In this document: piece after piece, positions 19,027 to 27,430 of the stretch
Numbering within the stretch: the stretch's first letter is position 1
How the letters are laid out: each line of letters starts with the position of its first letter
Sequence record: PP418985.1
Length of the DNA: 64,000 bases
DNA from: Escherichia phage UPWr_E1
Reading direction: 5' to 3' (one strand)
Made by a program: the position numbers and the translations under genes
Notes under the pieces: generated by a model
The model's database searches: none
Told to the model about the DNA's origin: nothing
Seen by the model: the letters and a program-made list of their open reading frames with translations, nothing else

Positions 19027-19333
19027 ACAAATTGATAATATCGCACTTCGTGAAGCACTAAAGAAAATGTTTGCTGTAGGTACTCACTCTTTACAGTTTA
19101 CTAAGAAAGATGGTACTGTCCGTGACATGATCGCTACGCGAGATCCGGCGCTAATGCCTTTCGAAACATACGAAAAATGGTTAGTGCCGAATGCTGAAAA
19201 ACCGCGTAAAGAATCAGAAACATCGTTGCCAGTATATGAAATTGCAGTTGAAGGTTTTCGTAGCTTTGGTCTTGATAACCTGATTCATGTAGACGGATTG
19301 ACTCCAGCGCAGATCGTCGAAATTTATAAATAA
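19019..19333 (+). CDS. Hypothetical protein, 104 aa
   Basis: ATG inside track ORF 19013; overlaps cd stop (ATGACTGA). Confidence 0.45.
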   Translation: MTEQIDNIALREALKKMFAVGTHSLQFTKKDGTVRDMIATRDPALMPFETYEKWLVPNAEKPRKESETSLPVYEIAVEGFRSFGLDNLIHVDGLTPAQIVEIYK

Positions 19334-19373
19334 TCCATTATTTTATTGTATTGATTTGAAGAGGTAAGAAATT

Positions 19374-19697
19374 ATGACCGTTAAGACTCCTAAAGCACTT
19401 GGTGACTATGTGATCATTGAAGCTAAAGCAGAAAGCGCAGGGACCGAAGTAAAAAGCTCTATGGGGATCATTATTGAGCAAAAGCGCACTATGGGCGAGA
19501 TTCCTTTAGTCGGTAAGATTATTGATATCGGTGATAACGTTGATAAAGAATTGCTGGGCAAGACTGTATTGCTTCCTCATGGGAAACTTAATAAAGTTCC
19601 TCATCCAGACGTTATTAACGGCGTTAAGAAGGAAGAAGAGATCGACCTGAAATGGACTGTAACGCACAAACAGAATATTGTGGTAGTTTACGGTTAA
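19374..19697 (+). CDS. 31: gp31 head-assembly co-chaperonin (GroES-like)
   Basis: 107 aa; GroES-like; T4 gene 31 position next to cd. Confidence 0.7.
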   Translation: MTVKTPKALGDYVIIEAKAESAGTEVKSSMGIIIEQKRTMGEIPLVGKIIDIGDNVDKELLGKTVLLPHGKLNKVPHPDVINGVKKEEEIDLKWTVTHKQNIVVVYG

Positions 19698-19708
19698 TGA
19701 TTTTAAAC

Positions 19709-19735
19709 GGCGGGAAATAATCCCGCCTATATTTT
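19709..19735 (+). terminator. Rho-independent terminator
   Basis: ggcggga-aataa-tcccgcc followed by tatatttt. Confidence 0.6.
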
Positions 19736-19779
19736 GGCTATATGATTTTGTAAGTTATTGATTATTAAGGAATTTTATT

Positions 19780-19944
19780 ATGAAAACTATGAATGTAAAC
19801 ATCCACGAAATCCATACCGAAGTATTCACCGAAGAAGACCAGTTTGGTGTATGGGTAAATCCTCATTCGATTACTATCGATATTCCTAATGACGATTATG
19901 ATCCGTTCTCTCTGATTAGCGAGATTAGTTTCAATGACTTCTGA
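19780..19944 (+). CDS. Hypothetical small protein, 54 aa
   Basis: ATG to TGA, overlaps next ORF start; below track cutoff. Confidence 0.3.
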   Translation: MKTMNVNIHEIHTEVFTEEDQFGVWVNPHSITIDIPNDDYDPFSLISEISFNDF

Positions 19945-20413
19945 AATTGATATCTATGCGGGTGGACCTTATCCATCGGGTGAATTGAGTAATTTCAATA
20001 AAAGACCATTCCGTCTATTTGGTTGCGATATTAACAGCACAGAAGGATTTTTACAGGGGCTAAGATTTAAGAACCCTCAGAGACAAAGAGAAATCTTTTT
20101 GATGCACGGTGGCAAAGCAAAAAGAACCGGAAGAACTGAAAAGATTGAGAATCACATGTTATATTTTCAGGGTCGCCAGATTCATCGAATGAGTGAGCAT
20201 TATTACAGACTGGTACATCTGGCATTTGTTACGATGGCACGGAATAACCCAGAATTTTGTAAAGCATTACTCGCTACAGGAAATAAGAAATTACGTCATA
20301 GTATAGGTGGAACTGATCCGTTAAAGACCATATTGACCGAATCGGAATTTTGTAGTATCCTCAATGATATTCGTGAACGTTTAACAAAACGAGGTGAAAA
20401 TGTCAATTCTTAA
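19934..20413 (+). CDS. NADAR (YbiA-like) domain protein, putative ADP-ribose processing enzyme
   Basis: 159 aa; IYAGGPYPSGELSNFNKRPF..STEGFLQGLRF matches NADAR core pattern; motif-level call only. Confidence 0.45.
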   Translation: MTSEIDIYAGGPYPSGELSNFNKRPFRLFGCDINSTEGFLQGLRFKNPQRQREIFLMHGGKAKRTGRTEKIENHMLYFQGRQIHRMSEHYYRLVHLAFVTMARNNPEFCKALLATGNKKLRHSIGGTDPLKTILTESEFCSILNDIRERLTKRGENVNS

Positions 20414-21896
20414 TATCATTAATCAGCTTGCAGCAACAGACAAAACATCTCTGAAAGAAAAGATTCTGAAAGAATCTGCAAGCAATGAAACACTGAAAGA
20501 ATGCTTTTATCTGGCATATTGCAAACAGGTTACGTTTGGCGTAAAGAAATACGATAAACCATCGCGTTATTCGTCTGTATTGTCTTTATCTGGTGCATTA
20601 CAGGTCTTTAAAAATAAACTTGCCACGCGTCAAGTAACTGGTAATGCAGCATTACAGCTAGTTACCGATACTCTGACTTGCTTGTCAGAAGATGATGCTA
20701 AAGTTGCAATGATGGTCCTGAATCGCGATCTAGAATGCGGTTGTTCCGCTACCACTGCAAACAAGGTATGGAAGAAACTGATCCCCCAGCAACCATGCCA
20801 CCTTGCATCGTCATATTCTGATAAGGCTATTGCTAATATCAAATATCCGGCATATGCACAACTTAAAAGTGATGGCGCTCGTGGTATGGCTGATATTGAC
20901 GGGGAAACATTAGCAATCTATACCCGTTCAGGTAATACCTATCAGGGACTTGATGATTTGTTTGCTGTTTTAGAGCGTCTACGAGGCCGTGGAATTGTTC
21001 TAGATGGCGAATTGGTATATATGCCTACCCTTTCGCAAACACCAGCGCAGAACTTCGTTGAAAGCGTTTATGATGGTACTCTGTCATGGATATTTGAAGA
21101 AGAGGAAATGCCATTAACGCCAGTAGCGGAAGCAGTAAAAGAATCCGTTGTTGCAGATCGTCAGACCGGAAATGGTATCCTCAACAAATCACTGAAAGGA
21201 ACTATTCCAAAAGAAGAAGCCCAATGTATTGTTTACACTGTCTGGGATGTTATCGACCGTGATGTGTATTACGGAAACGAGAAAGCAACGAAGCAATATA
21301 AAGATCGATTCGAAGAACTAAAACAGATTGTTGAAGAACTTAACGATCCTCGTGTGCAGATAATCGAAAATACTGTAGTTAACAATATCGATGAAGCTCG
21401 CGAAGTATATCATCGCTATGTAAACATGGGCTTAGAAGGTATTATCCTTAAAAATTTACATGGTGTATTTGAAGATCGTCGCAGTAAAGATCAGGTTAAA
21501 TTTAAAGAAGTGATTGACTTCGACGCGGAAATTGTTGATGTATATCCGCATAGTAAAGATCCTAATAAGGTAGGCGGTTTTACTGTCCGTAGCGCGTGCG
21601 GACGAATGATGACTAACACCGGATCGGGATTGACAGACACCACAACCGAAAAAGGTGATGATGGTATCGAACGTGTGATTCCGTTAGATCGTCGAAATGA
21701 ACTTGACCGAGAAATGTTATGGGCTGACCGTCATAACCTGATTGGAAAAGTCATCGAGATGACATGCAACGGGTATATCCGCAGCAAATCACGTAAAGAA
21801 GATGAACCGGAGTTCTCTTTATTTCTCCCGATCATCAAACGTATTCGCTACGACAAGACCACTGCAAATACAGTAAAAGAGGTATTCGATGTGTGA
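20400..21896 (+). CDS. 30: ATP-dependent DNA ligase
   Basis: 498 aa; adenylation motif KSDGAR, LDGELVY, EGIILKN; strong similarity to T4 gp30. Confidence 0.9.
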   Translation: MSILNIINQLAATDKTSLKEKILKESASNETLKECFYLAYCKQVTFGVKKYDKPSRYSSVLSLSGALQVFKNKLATRQVTGNAALQLVTDTLTCLSEDDAKVAMMVLNRDLECGCSATTANKVWKKLIPQQPCHLASSYSDKAIANIKYPAYAQLKSDGARGMADIDGETLAIYTRSGNTYQGLDDLFAVLERLRGRGIVLDGELVYMPTLSQTPAQNFVESVYDGTLSWIFEEEEMPLTPVAEAVKESVVADRQTGNGILNKSLKGTIPKEEAQCIVYTVWDVIDRDVYYGNEKATKQYKDRFEELKQIVEELNDPRVQIIENTVVNNIDEAREVYHRYVNMGLEGIILKNLHGVFEDRRSKDQVKFKEVIDFDAEIVDVYPHSKDPNKVGGFTVRSACGRMMTNTGSGLTDTTTEKGDDGIERVIPLDRRNELDREMLWADRHNLIGKVIEMTCNGYIRSKSRKEDEPEFSLFLPIIKRIRYDKTTANTVKEVFDV

Positions 21897-22365
21897 TAAT
21901 GAAGGGGCGAAAGCCCCTAAACCTAAAAAATTGTCAAAGAAAGAGCAACGCCAGATCCTGAAAATGAAATACGGTGGACGTTGTGCCTATTGTGGCGAGG
22001 AACTAGGGGATCGCTGGCACGCAGACCACATCAAACCAGTATTACGACGCTCAAAAGTAGTCTATGATGAAAATGGACGAATTGCCCGTAATGATGATGG
22101 ATCGTGGAAGTATAAGGTTGTAGGAATGCATAAACCGGAGCATGATATACTTGATAACATGAATCCGGCGTGTGTGCAATGCAATCTTTATAAAAGCTGT
22201 ATGGGCTTAGAATACTGGCGTAAGTGTATACGCGAGAACTTCCAGAAGTACATTCAGCGCAATATGGGATTGCGAGCGGCTAAACGCTTTGGCTTACTGT
22301 CAATCCACGATCAGCCAGTAGAATTTTATTTCGAAAAGTACGAGCGCGAGCATCAAGAAAAATAA
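21889..22365 (+). CDS. HNH endonuclease
   Basis: 158 aa; CAYCG..HADHIKP..N..CVQCN HNH/zinc-finger motif; overlaps ligase stop. Confidence 0.6.
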   Translation: MCDNEGAKAPKPKKLSKKEQRQILKMKYGGRCAYCGEELGDRWHADHIKPVLRRSKVVYDENGRIARNDDGSWKYKVVGMHKPEHDILDNMNPACVQCNLYKSCMGLEYWRKCIRENFQKYIQRNMGLRAAKRFGLLSIHDQPVEFYFEKYEREHQEK

Positions 22366-22378
22366 TTCAAAAAAGTTG

Positions 22379-22407
22379 TTGACAGGGGATCACCGATCCC
22401 CTATACT
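22379..22407 (+). promoter_or_regulatory. PeSL-type early promoter (hairpin spacer)
   Basis: TTGACA, 17-nt palindromic spacer ggggatcaccgatcccc, TATACT. Confidence 0.55.
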
Positions 22408-22441
22408 ACACACATACCGAAACGAACTAGGAGAATCAATT

Positions 22442-22621
22442 ATGAACTTCAACGAAATCATCGCTAAAATCCGCTACAACGAAGAAACCATTGAACTGAT
22501 GCAAAACAATATCACCAATGGCTATATGATTGCAGCGTCACAAGAAATCATTGATTTGACAGTAGCAGAAAATGCTCAGTTGAAACATCAACTTTCTACG
22601 GCTGGCGTGATTGTGATGTAA
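22442..22621 (+). CDS. Hypothetical protein, 59 aa
   Basis: ATG after conserved RBS aggagaatcaatt. Confidence 0.45.
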   Translation: MNFNEIIAKIRYNEETIELMQNNITNGYMIAASQEIIDLTVAENAQLKHQLSTAGVIVM

Positions 22622-22640
22622 TTTAACGAGAGGTAACTAA

Positions 22641-22907
22641 ATGAAGACAGTAAAAGATATCGTAGACAATCGCAAAGATGCAGTGGGTAAAATTTTTCAA
22701 TTACCAGAATCACCGATTGGACTTATTATCTACGTAACAGAAGATGATGTGTATGCTATTTGGAACGGCAACGATACATTCCACCCAGGAAACGGTCATC
22801 TGATCAATACTATGGAAGGTGAAGAACCACAACCAGTACACTTACTGGCACACAGTGTCACTATCGACGAACTGGAAGATGCAGCTAAACATATTCGGAG
22901 CATGTAA
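22641..22907 (+). CDS. Small protein, divergent member of HxHW paralog family
   Basis: 88 aa; IIYVTEDDVYAIW strand and His-rich segment. Confidence 0.45.
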   Translation: MKTVKDIVDNRKDAVGKIFQLPESPIGLIIYVTEDDVYAIWNGNDTFHPGNGHLINTMEGEEPQPVHLLAHSVTIDELEDAAKHIRSM

Positions 22908-22908
22908 C

Positions 22909-23229
22909 ATGGCAAAAGTTCAGGTAGGTGAAGTATTCAAAATGGCGGACCATACCGTAGAAGAGATGAAAGGTGCGGTACTGAAAGCAACCAATTCTAT
23001 GATGCGTAGTGTCCTTTACATCAACTTTATCGATGGTGATGTGTGGTGGGCTAGCGATAGTTGCAAATGGGATGAAGATTGTAACTTGGTTATCAAGTTC
23101 GGCAAAGGTCATAATCACTGGCTAGGAACAGAGGATGTTGTAGAAGTGCTGGCGGTTGATATTATGCCTAGCGAGATCGATAATCTTACTGGAACTGCAA
23201 ACGAAGTATTGACACGACATTTTGTGTAA
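22909..23229 (+). CDS. HxHW-family small protein
   Basis: 106 aa; YINFIDGD..GHNHW..VLAVDI. Confidence 0.5.
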   Translation: MAKVQVGEVFKMADHTVEEMKGAVLKATNSMMRSVLYINFIDGDVWWASDSCKWDEDCNLVIKFGKGHNHWLGTEDVVEVLAVDIMPSEIDNLTGTANEVLTRHFV

Positions 23230-23286
23230 TGTAATATAACAATCATTGGGAGGGGCAATACTCTCCCACAAATTGAGGATAATATT

Positions 23287-23589
23287 ATGGAACGTACCAA
23301 TTTGTTTGTAACCGAACCTTTCGTTGAAGGCAACAAGAACCTTGCTAATACGGTTATTCTTTACGAAGATTGGATCTTTTACATCGATGAGAATTTAGAT
23401 GTATATTGTCGTCCAACTCCAAATGACTCATTCTATATCGAAGAAAACGATACCCATAATCATTGGTATGACGGAAACGACGAAACCGATCTTGCTATTG
23501 TTCTCGAATCCGGCGTAGAATCGGAACATGCCGATGAAGTAGCAGACAAATTTATGAAATACGCATATAAAGATAAAGATGAAGAATAA
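23287..23589 (+). CDS. HxHW-family small protein
   Basis: 100 aa; FYIDENLDVY..THNHW..LAIVLE. Confidence 0.5.
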   Translation: MERTNLFVTEPFVEGNKNLANTVILYEDWIFYIDENLDVYCRPTPNDSFYIEENDTHNHWYDGNDETDLAIVLESGVESEHADEVADKFMKYAYKDKDEE

Positions 23590-23596
23590 AAAGTTG

Positions 23597-23625
23597 TTGA
23601 CAGGGGATCGGTGATCCCCTATAAT
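23597..23625 (+). promoter_or_regulatory. PeSL-type early promoter
   Basis: TTGACA, palindromic spacer ggggatcggtgatcccc, TATAAT. Confidence 0.55.
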
Positions 23626-23659
23626 GCACACATACCAACGAGATATAGGAGAATCAAAA

Positions 23660-23827
23660 ATGTTCCAGACTAAAGCAGAATGCGAAGCATACATTGTAGC
23701 AAACCACGGTGAAGACTACCTGAAATTCGATATCGTAGTAGCACAGAAGATCACCGGAATGGTTGCAAAATATCTGGGTGTTAAAGAAGGTTACTATCCA
23801 AGCAACGCACCGGAAATTAACAAATAA
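23660..23827 (+). CDS. Hypothetical protein, 55 aa
   Basis: ATG after RBS aggagaatcaaaa. Confidence 0.45.
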   Translation: MFQTKAECEAYIVANHGEDYLKFDIVVAQKITGMVAKYLGVKEGYYPSNAPEINK

Positions 23828-23830
23828 TAG

Positions 23831-23859
23831 TTGACAATGATTAAAGGGAGTAGTAAGAT
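23831..23859 (+). promoter_or_regulatory. PeSL-type early promoter
   Basis: TTGACA; hairpin gggag-tagtaagata-ctccc containing -10. Confidence 0.5.
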
Positions 23860-23892
23860 ACTCCCATCAAGACAACAAACGGAGAATCAAAA

Positions 23893-24072
23893 ATGAAAGC
23901 TATCGAAGTTCAGAAGTACATGGAAATCATCGTTGAAGGTAAAGCACATACAGTATTGACTACTCACGTAGGATATGATAAAAATGTGCATATGCTGGTA
24001 GACAATATCGGTTGGATGAAGTTTAATCCTAACGAGAATGTACAAGCTCAAGAAATGACCATCCCTTTCTAA
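23893..24072 (+). CDS. Hypothetical protein, 59 aa
   Basis: ATG after RBS ggagaatcaaaa; below track cutoff. Confidence 0.4.
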   Translation: MKAIEVQKYMEIIVEGKAHTVLTTHVGYDKNVHMLVDNIGWMKFNPNENVQAQEMTIPF

Positions 24073-24084
24073 GAGGAATATATT

Positions 24085-24363
24085 ATGATGCGAATTACTG
24101 CAACACTGGATAAGACACACAAAGAAAGATTTTTCGGTATGATCTTAAAAACGCCGATTTTCGATAATTACCTTTATGTTGACTATGAAGGTCACATTAG
24201 CTATAAATGTAAAAATGATATTCGTGATTCCTTTGGTGATAAATCACAAGCTGATATTCATGACCACTGGTGGACCTTCGACGAACCTTTACGGATTATC
24301 GCAGTTGATGTAAAAACAATAAAAGAAGCTGATAAGGTAGTTAACAATTATGAGCAAATTTAA
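24085..24363 (+). CDS. HxHW-family small protein
   Basis: 92 aa; LYVDYEGHISY..IHDHWW..IIAVDV. Confidence 0.5.
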   Translation: MMRITATLDKTHKERFFGMILKTPIFDNYLYVDYEGHISYKCKNDIRDSFGDKSQADIHDHWWTFDEPLRIIAVDVKTIKEADKVVNNYEQI

Positions 24364-24559
24364 AGATTATAAAGCATATCAACAGATCCTGCGAGTATAC
24401 GAACCAGAGTTCGCCGAAAAGATGATGGAAGATGCATCAAAATGCCCGTCCTTTTCTGGAAACAAAAACCATTATTCGACTGGTATTGTGTCATGGAAAG
24501 AAACCGCATATACTCAACAATGGATAGATGTGTTTTCAAAAACTCTTGAGTGGTGTTAA
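24350..24559 (+). CDS. Small protein, 69 aa (MSKFKDY paralog 1)
   Basis: MSKFKDYKAY...MMEDA...W.VF; tandem paralog of next ORF. Confidence 0.5.
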   Translation: MSKFKDYKAYQQILRVYEPEFAEKMMEDASKCPSFSGNKNHYSTGIVSWKETAYTQQWIDVFSKTLEWC

Positions 24560-24561
24560 TT

Positions 24562-24777
24562 ATGAGCAAATTTAAAGATTATCGAGCATATAAAGCGATC
24601 TGCGATATATTCGATGAAAAGACCGCTCATGCAATGATGGAAGATGCAGAACAATATGAATCATTCGTCAATTCCAAAGATTGCACAGTAAACGGGATTG
24701 TGTGCTGGAAAGATACAAAGTATGAAGAAAAATGGATTACCGTGTATTACGGAGAACTAGAATATGAAATTAACTAA
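24562..24777 (+). CDS. Small protein, 71 aa (MSKFKDY paralog 2)
   Basis: MSKFKDYRAY...MMEDA; tandem paralog of previous ORF. Confidence 0.5.
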   Translation: MSKFKDYRAYKAICDIFDEKTAHAMMEDAEQYESFVNSKDCTVNGIVCWKDTKYEEKWITVYYGELEYEIN

Positions 24778-25066
24778 AAAGATTTTCCCAGAATTGCGTA
24801 ACTGTCTGTTATTGGTTACTGAATATAAGCCGTATACGATCTACTTGTATGTTGATGAAAATCTGAAAATCCGTTACTATGATTATACGTCTCCAGTGAT
24901 GAAATCATTTGCTCACTCGATAGCAAATAACTGTATGAATCATAATCATTGGGTATCAGAAACGGATGACGATGCGTCAGAAGTTGTAGTGGTTGCATGG
25001 AATCTATCACCAGCGGAAGCAGATCAAGCACGCATTAAGCATTATGCGAAAAAACAATTGGTTTGA
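24764..25066 (+). CDS. HxHW-family small protein
   Basis: 100 aa; LYVDENLKIRYY..NHNHW..VVVVAW. Confidence 0.5.
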   Translation: MKLTKKIFPELRNCLLLVTEYKPYTIYLYVDENLKIRYYDYTSPVMKSFAHSIANNCMNHNHWVSETDDDASEVVVVAWNLSPAEADQARIKHYAKKQLV

Positions 25067-25089
25067 CCTTATAAGTGAGGACTAATATT

Positions 25090-25368
25090 ATGTTCAAAGT
25101 AGGTGATAAGTTTATTCTTAGTCGTGATATTCTCCCTAATCTGAAAGGTTGTATCATCAATCCTAGTAAAAATTCATGGTTTTATCTGTTTATCGACGAT
25201 TCTCTAAATGTACGCGCCGAATATAAAGAAGGTCTTCGTACTGGCCTCGGTTTCTTTCACGATCACGATCATAGCCATTGGCTAAACGGTGGATTCGAAG
25301 CAACGGTGCTAGCGGTTGATGTGACCTACACAAACATCATAGAAAAATACCAAAAAATTATTTTATAA
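25090..25368 (+). CDS. HxHW-family small protein
   Basis: 93 aa; LFIDDSLNV..HDHDHSHW..VLAVDV. Confidence 0.5.
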   Translation: MFKVGDKFILSRDILPNLKGCIINPSKNSWFYLFIDDSLNVRAEYKEGLRTGLGFFHDHDHSHWLNGGFEATVLAVDVTYTNIIEKYQKIIL

Positions 25369-25374
25369 AAAGTG

Positions 25375-25403
25375 TTGACATAAGATCGGGTGTATAGCAT
25401 AAT
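25375..25403 (+). promoter_or_regulatory. PeSL-type early promoter
   Basis: TTGACA; hairpin gggtgtat-agcataa-tacaccc containing CATAAT. Confidence 0.55.
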
Positions 25404-25449
25404 ACACCCATCGAAACGAGATACACTTTCTAACTAGGAGAATCAAATT

Positions 25450-25737
25450 ATGGCATACATCACTATCACGCTGAAAGTTAACAAATTTGCTCACGCTGCA
25501 CACGAAACCGATAATGCAATCCGTAACAACAAGTTTGCACGTCTGGTACGCGATGCAGTAGCTAAAGAGTTCAACTTCAAATTTGCAGATGGTAAAGTTA
25601 TCACTAAATGGACTCATGGCGGCGAAACTAAAGTAGAACTTGCTGATAACTTCGCAAATCAGGAATATGCACACCGTCGCATTAATGAAATTATCAGCGA
25701 CGAACTCTACTACGGTGTACAGGAAGGACTGTTTTAA
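25450..25737 (+). CDS. Hypothetical protein, 95 aa
   Basis: ORF after conserved leader and RBS. Confidence 0.5.
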   Translation: MAYITITLKVNKFAHAAHETDNAIRNNKFARLVRDAVAKEFNFKFADGKVITKWTHGGETKVELADNFANQEYAHRRINEIISDELYYGVQEGLF

Positions 25738-25743
25738 TATATG

Positions 25744-25764
25744 GGGGCGTTAACGCCCCTTTTC
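25744..25764 (+). terminator. Rho-independent terminator
   Basis: ggggcg-ttaa-cgcccc followed by tttt. Confidence 0.6.
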
Positions 25765-25787
25765 ATCCAACTATTGAGGATAATACT

Positions 25788-26093
25788 ATGAAAGATAATA
25801 TCTTTGAATTTACCCGCGAAAATCTCCCAATGTTCCGAAAGTCTCTGCTTAAACTAGATAACAGTAATTATGATGTATATTTTTACATCACAGAAGACCT
25901 AGAGATCCTTTACGCTGATTACCCTGGTCCGATCCGTACTTTCGAAAAAGCATCAAAGTATAAAAATGTGCACGGTCACACGCACTGGCTACGAGAAAAT
26001 TCAGTCAAGAAAGCGCGCGTTAAAGTGATTGCAATTGACGTAACGCCGGAACATGCTGACCGGATTGCACAGAATGATTATTTGTCTAAATGA
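25788..26093 (+). CDS. HxHW-family small protein
   Basis: 101 aa; YFYITEDLEILY..HGHTHW..VIAIDV. Confidence 0.5.
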   Translation: MKDNIFEFTRENLPMFRKSLLKLDNSNYDVYFYITEDLEILYADYPGPIRTFEKASKYKNVHGHTHWLRENSVKKARVKVIAIDVTPEHADRIAQNDYLSK

Positions 26094-26101
26094 TTTTATT
26101 A

Positions 26102-26124
26102 GCCGACCTTAGTGTCGGCTTTTT
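26102..26124 (+). terminator. Rho-independent terminator (copy 1 of repeated cassette)
   Basis: gccgac-cttagt-gtcggc followed by ttttt; identical hairpin at 26607. Confidence 0.65.
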
Positions 26125-26151
26125 ATTGCCAAAAATTTTTTAAAAAAGGCA

Positions 26152-26180
26152 TTGACACCAGATCCTGTATATAGCATAAT
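26152..26180 (+). promoter_or_regulatory. Early promoter
   Basis: TTGACA-17-CATAAT then acacccatcgaaacga leader. Confidence 0.5.
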
Positions 26181-26207
26181 ACACCCATCGAAACGAGATT
26201 GAGGGAA

Positions 26208-26393
26208 ATGAAGATGAAGATTTTATACAAGCATGGATGGTATAAAGTAAAAGCTATCGCCGATGGAGTCAAATATGAAGTGATTGTATTTGACGGATTC
26301 AACACTTATTGCGAAGATGTTAAATTGCCTTCAATGGGATGTGCTTATGATTATTGCAAACAAAGAATTGATAATAAAGCCAACTGCTTCTGA
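26208..26393 (+). CDS. Hypothetical protein, 61 aa
   Basis: ATG after RBS gaggga; 4 Cys residues. Confidence 0.45.
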   Translation: MKMKILYKHGWYKVKAIADGVKYEVIVFDGFNTYCEDVKLPSMGCAYDYCKQRIDNKANCF

Positions 26394-26606
26394 CCCGCTA
26401 AATGACGTAGAACCGCCAACTTGCAAAGCGGACTGTCCTTATAGACAAGAATTTAGGGGGGTATGATTTGCAAAGAAATGCTCTAAGAACCGAAACGGTT
26501 AGCATGGTCAGCAAATATCGATGCGGTTGGAATATTAAGCCTGGTAGGATTGGCGGTCATCCTCTAGATTATGAGGCTTGCATATATAGCAAGAATTTTA
26601 AAATGT

Positions 26607-26630
26607 GCCGACCTTAGTGTCGGCTTTTTT
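26607..26630 (+). terminator. Rho-independent terminator (copy 2 of repeated cassette)
   Basis: gccgac-cttagt-gtcggc followed by tttttt. Confidence 0.65.
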
Positions 26631-26654
26631 ATTTCCAAAAAATTAAAAAAGTTG

Positions 26655-26683
26655 TTGACACCTGATCACGCCTATAGCATAAT
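26655..26683 (+). promoter_or_regulatory. Early promoter
   Basis: TTGACA-17-CATAAT. Confidence 0.5.
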
Positions 26684-26723
26684 ACACACATCGAAACGAG
26701 ATACCACTTAGGAGAATCAAACA

Positions 26724-26993
26724 ATGGCACTGACTAAAACCACTACCAGCTTTGCAAAACGTCACGGTTTCGACCTTGAAATCAATAGCTTTGAAGATTA
26801 CACCCTTCTGTGTGTATATGAAATCGAAAATGATTGCGAGTGGATGTTCAGCTATCGCGTAAACGAAGACGGATCTTTCACTTGGAACGGAAATATCTAT
26901 CTTGCACAGGAAGTAAAAGAAGAACTTCCGGCGACTATCAAAGATGAGAAACATTTACGTCAAGTTTTAAAATTTATTTCTGAAAATATCTAA
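26724..26993 (+). CDS. Hypothetical protein, 89 aa
   Basis: ORF after RBS taggagaatcaaaca. Confidence 0.5.
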   Translation: MALTKTTTSFAKRHGFDLEINSFEDYTLLCVYEIENDCEWMFSYRVNEDGSFTWNGNIYLAQEVKEELPATIKDEKHLRQVLKFISENI

Positions 26994-27002
26994 AAAAAGT
27001 TG

Positions 27003-27031
27003 TTGACACCAAAGTAAGAACATAGCATAAT
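27003..27031 (+). promoter_or_regulatory. Early promoter
   Basis: TTGACA-17-CATAAT. Confidence 0.5.
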
Positions 27032-27064
27032 ACACCCATACCGAAACGAACGGGAGAATCAAAA

Positions 27065-27346
27065 ATGAAATTCATCAAAGCAACCGAAATCCTGAAAAAC
27101 AAAGAAGCATACATCGGAAACATCGTTGGTATGAACATTCGCGGCGCGGGTAGCCAGTGGACCAAACTGGTTGATGTTAAAGCTAAAGGCGATAAAATCG
27201 AGTTCACTGTAAAAATGCTTACTCATAACGCACATATGGGTATCAAGACAAAAACTATGGCAGCAGATAAAAGCATCAACTATCAAGACCTGGGCGATTG
27301 GCTGAACTGGTGCAAAATGTACAACATCGAAACTAATCACGAATAA
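27065..27346 (+). CDS. Hypothetical protein, 93 aa
   Basis: ORF after RBS gggagaatcaaaa. Confidence 0.5.
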   Translation: MKFIKATEILKNKEAYIGNIVGMNIRGAGSQWTKLVDVKAKGDKIEFTVKMLTHNAHMGIKTKTMAADKSINYQDLGDWLNWCKMYNIETNHE

Positions 27347-27360
27347 TTTTAAAAAAGTTG

Positions 27361-27390
27361 TTGACGGGGGATCGGGAGATCCCCTATAAT
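27361..27390 (+). promoter_or_regulatory. PeSL-type early promoter
   Basis: TTGACG, palindromic spacer ggggatcgggagatcccc, TATAAT. Confidence 0.55.
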
Positions 27391-27430
27391 ACACACATCA
27401 AGACGAGATACTACTTAGGAGAATCAAACA

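Noticed and set aside
21899-21915. Hairpin ggggcgaaagcccc just after the HNH start codon, considered as a terminator
   Set aside because: No downstream T-run and it lies inside coding sequence.
26284-26466. 60-aa ORF overlapping the 3' end of ORF 26208-26393 in another frame
   Set aside because: No RBS, out-of-frame overlap; probably not expressed.
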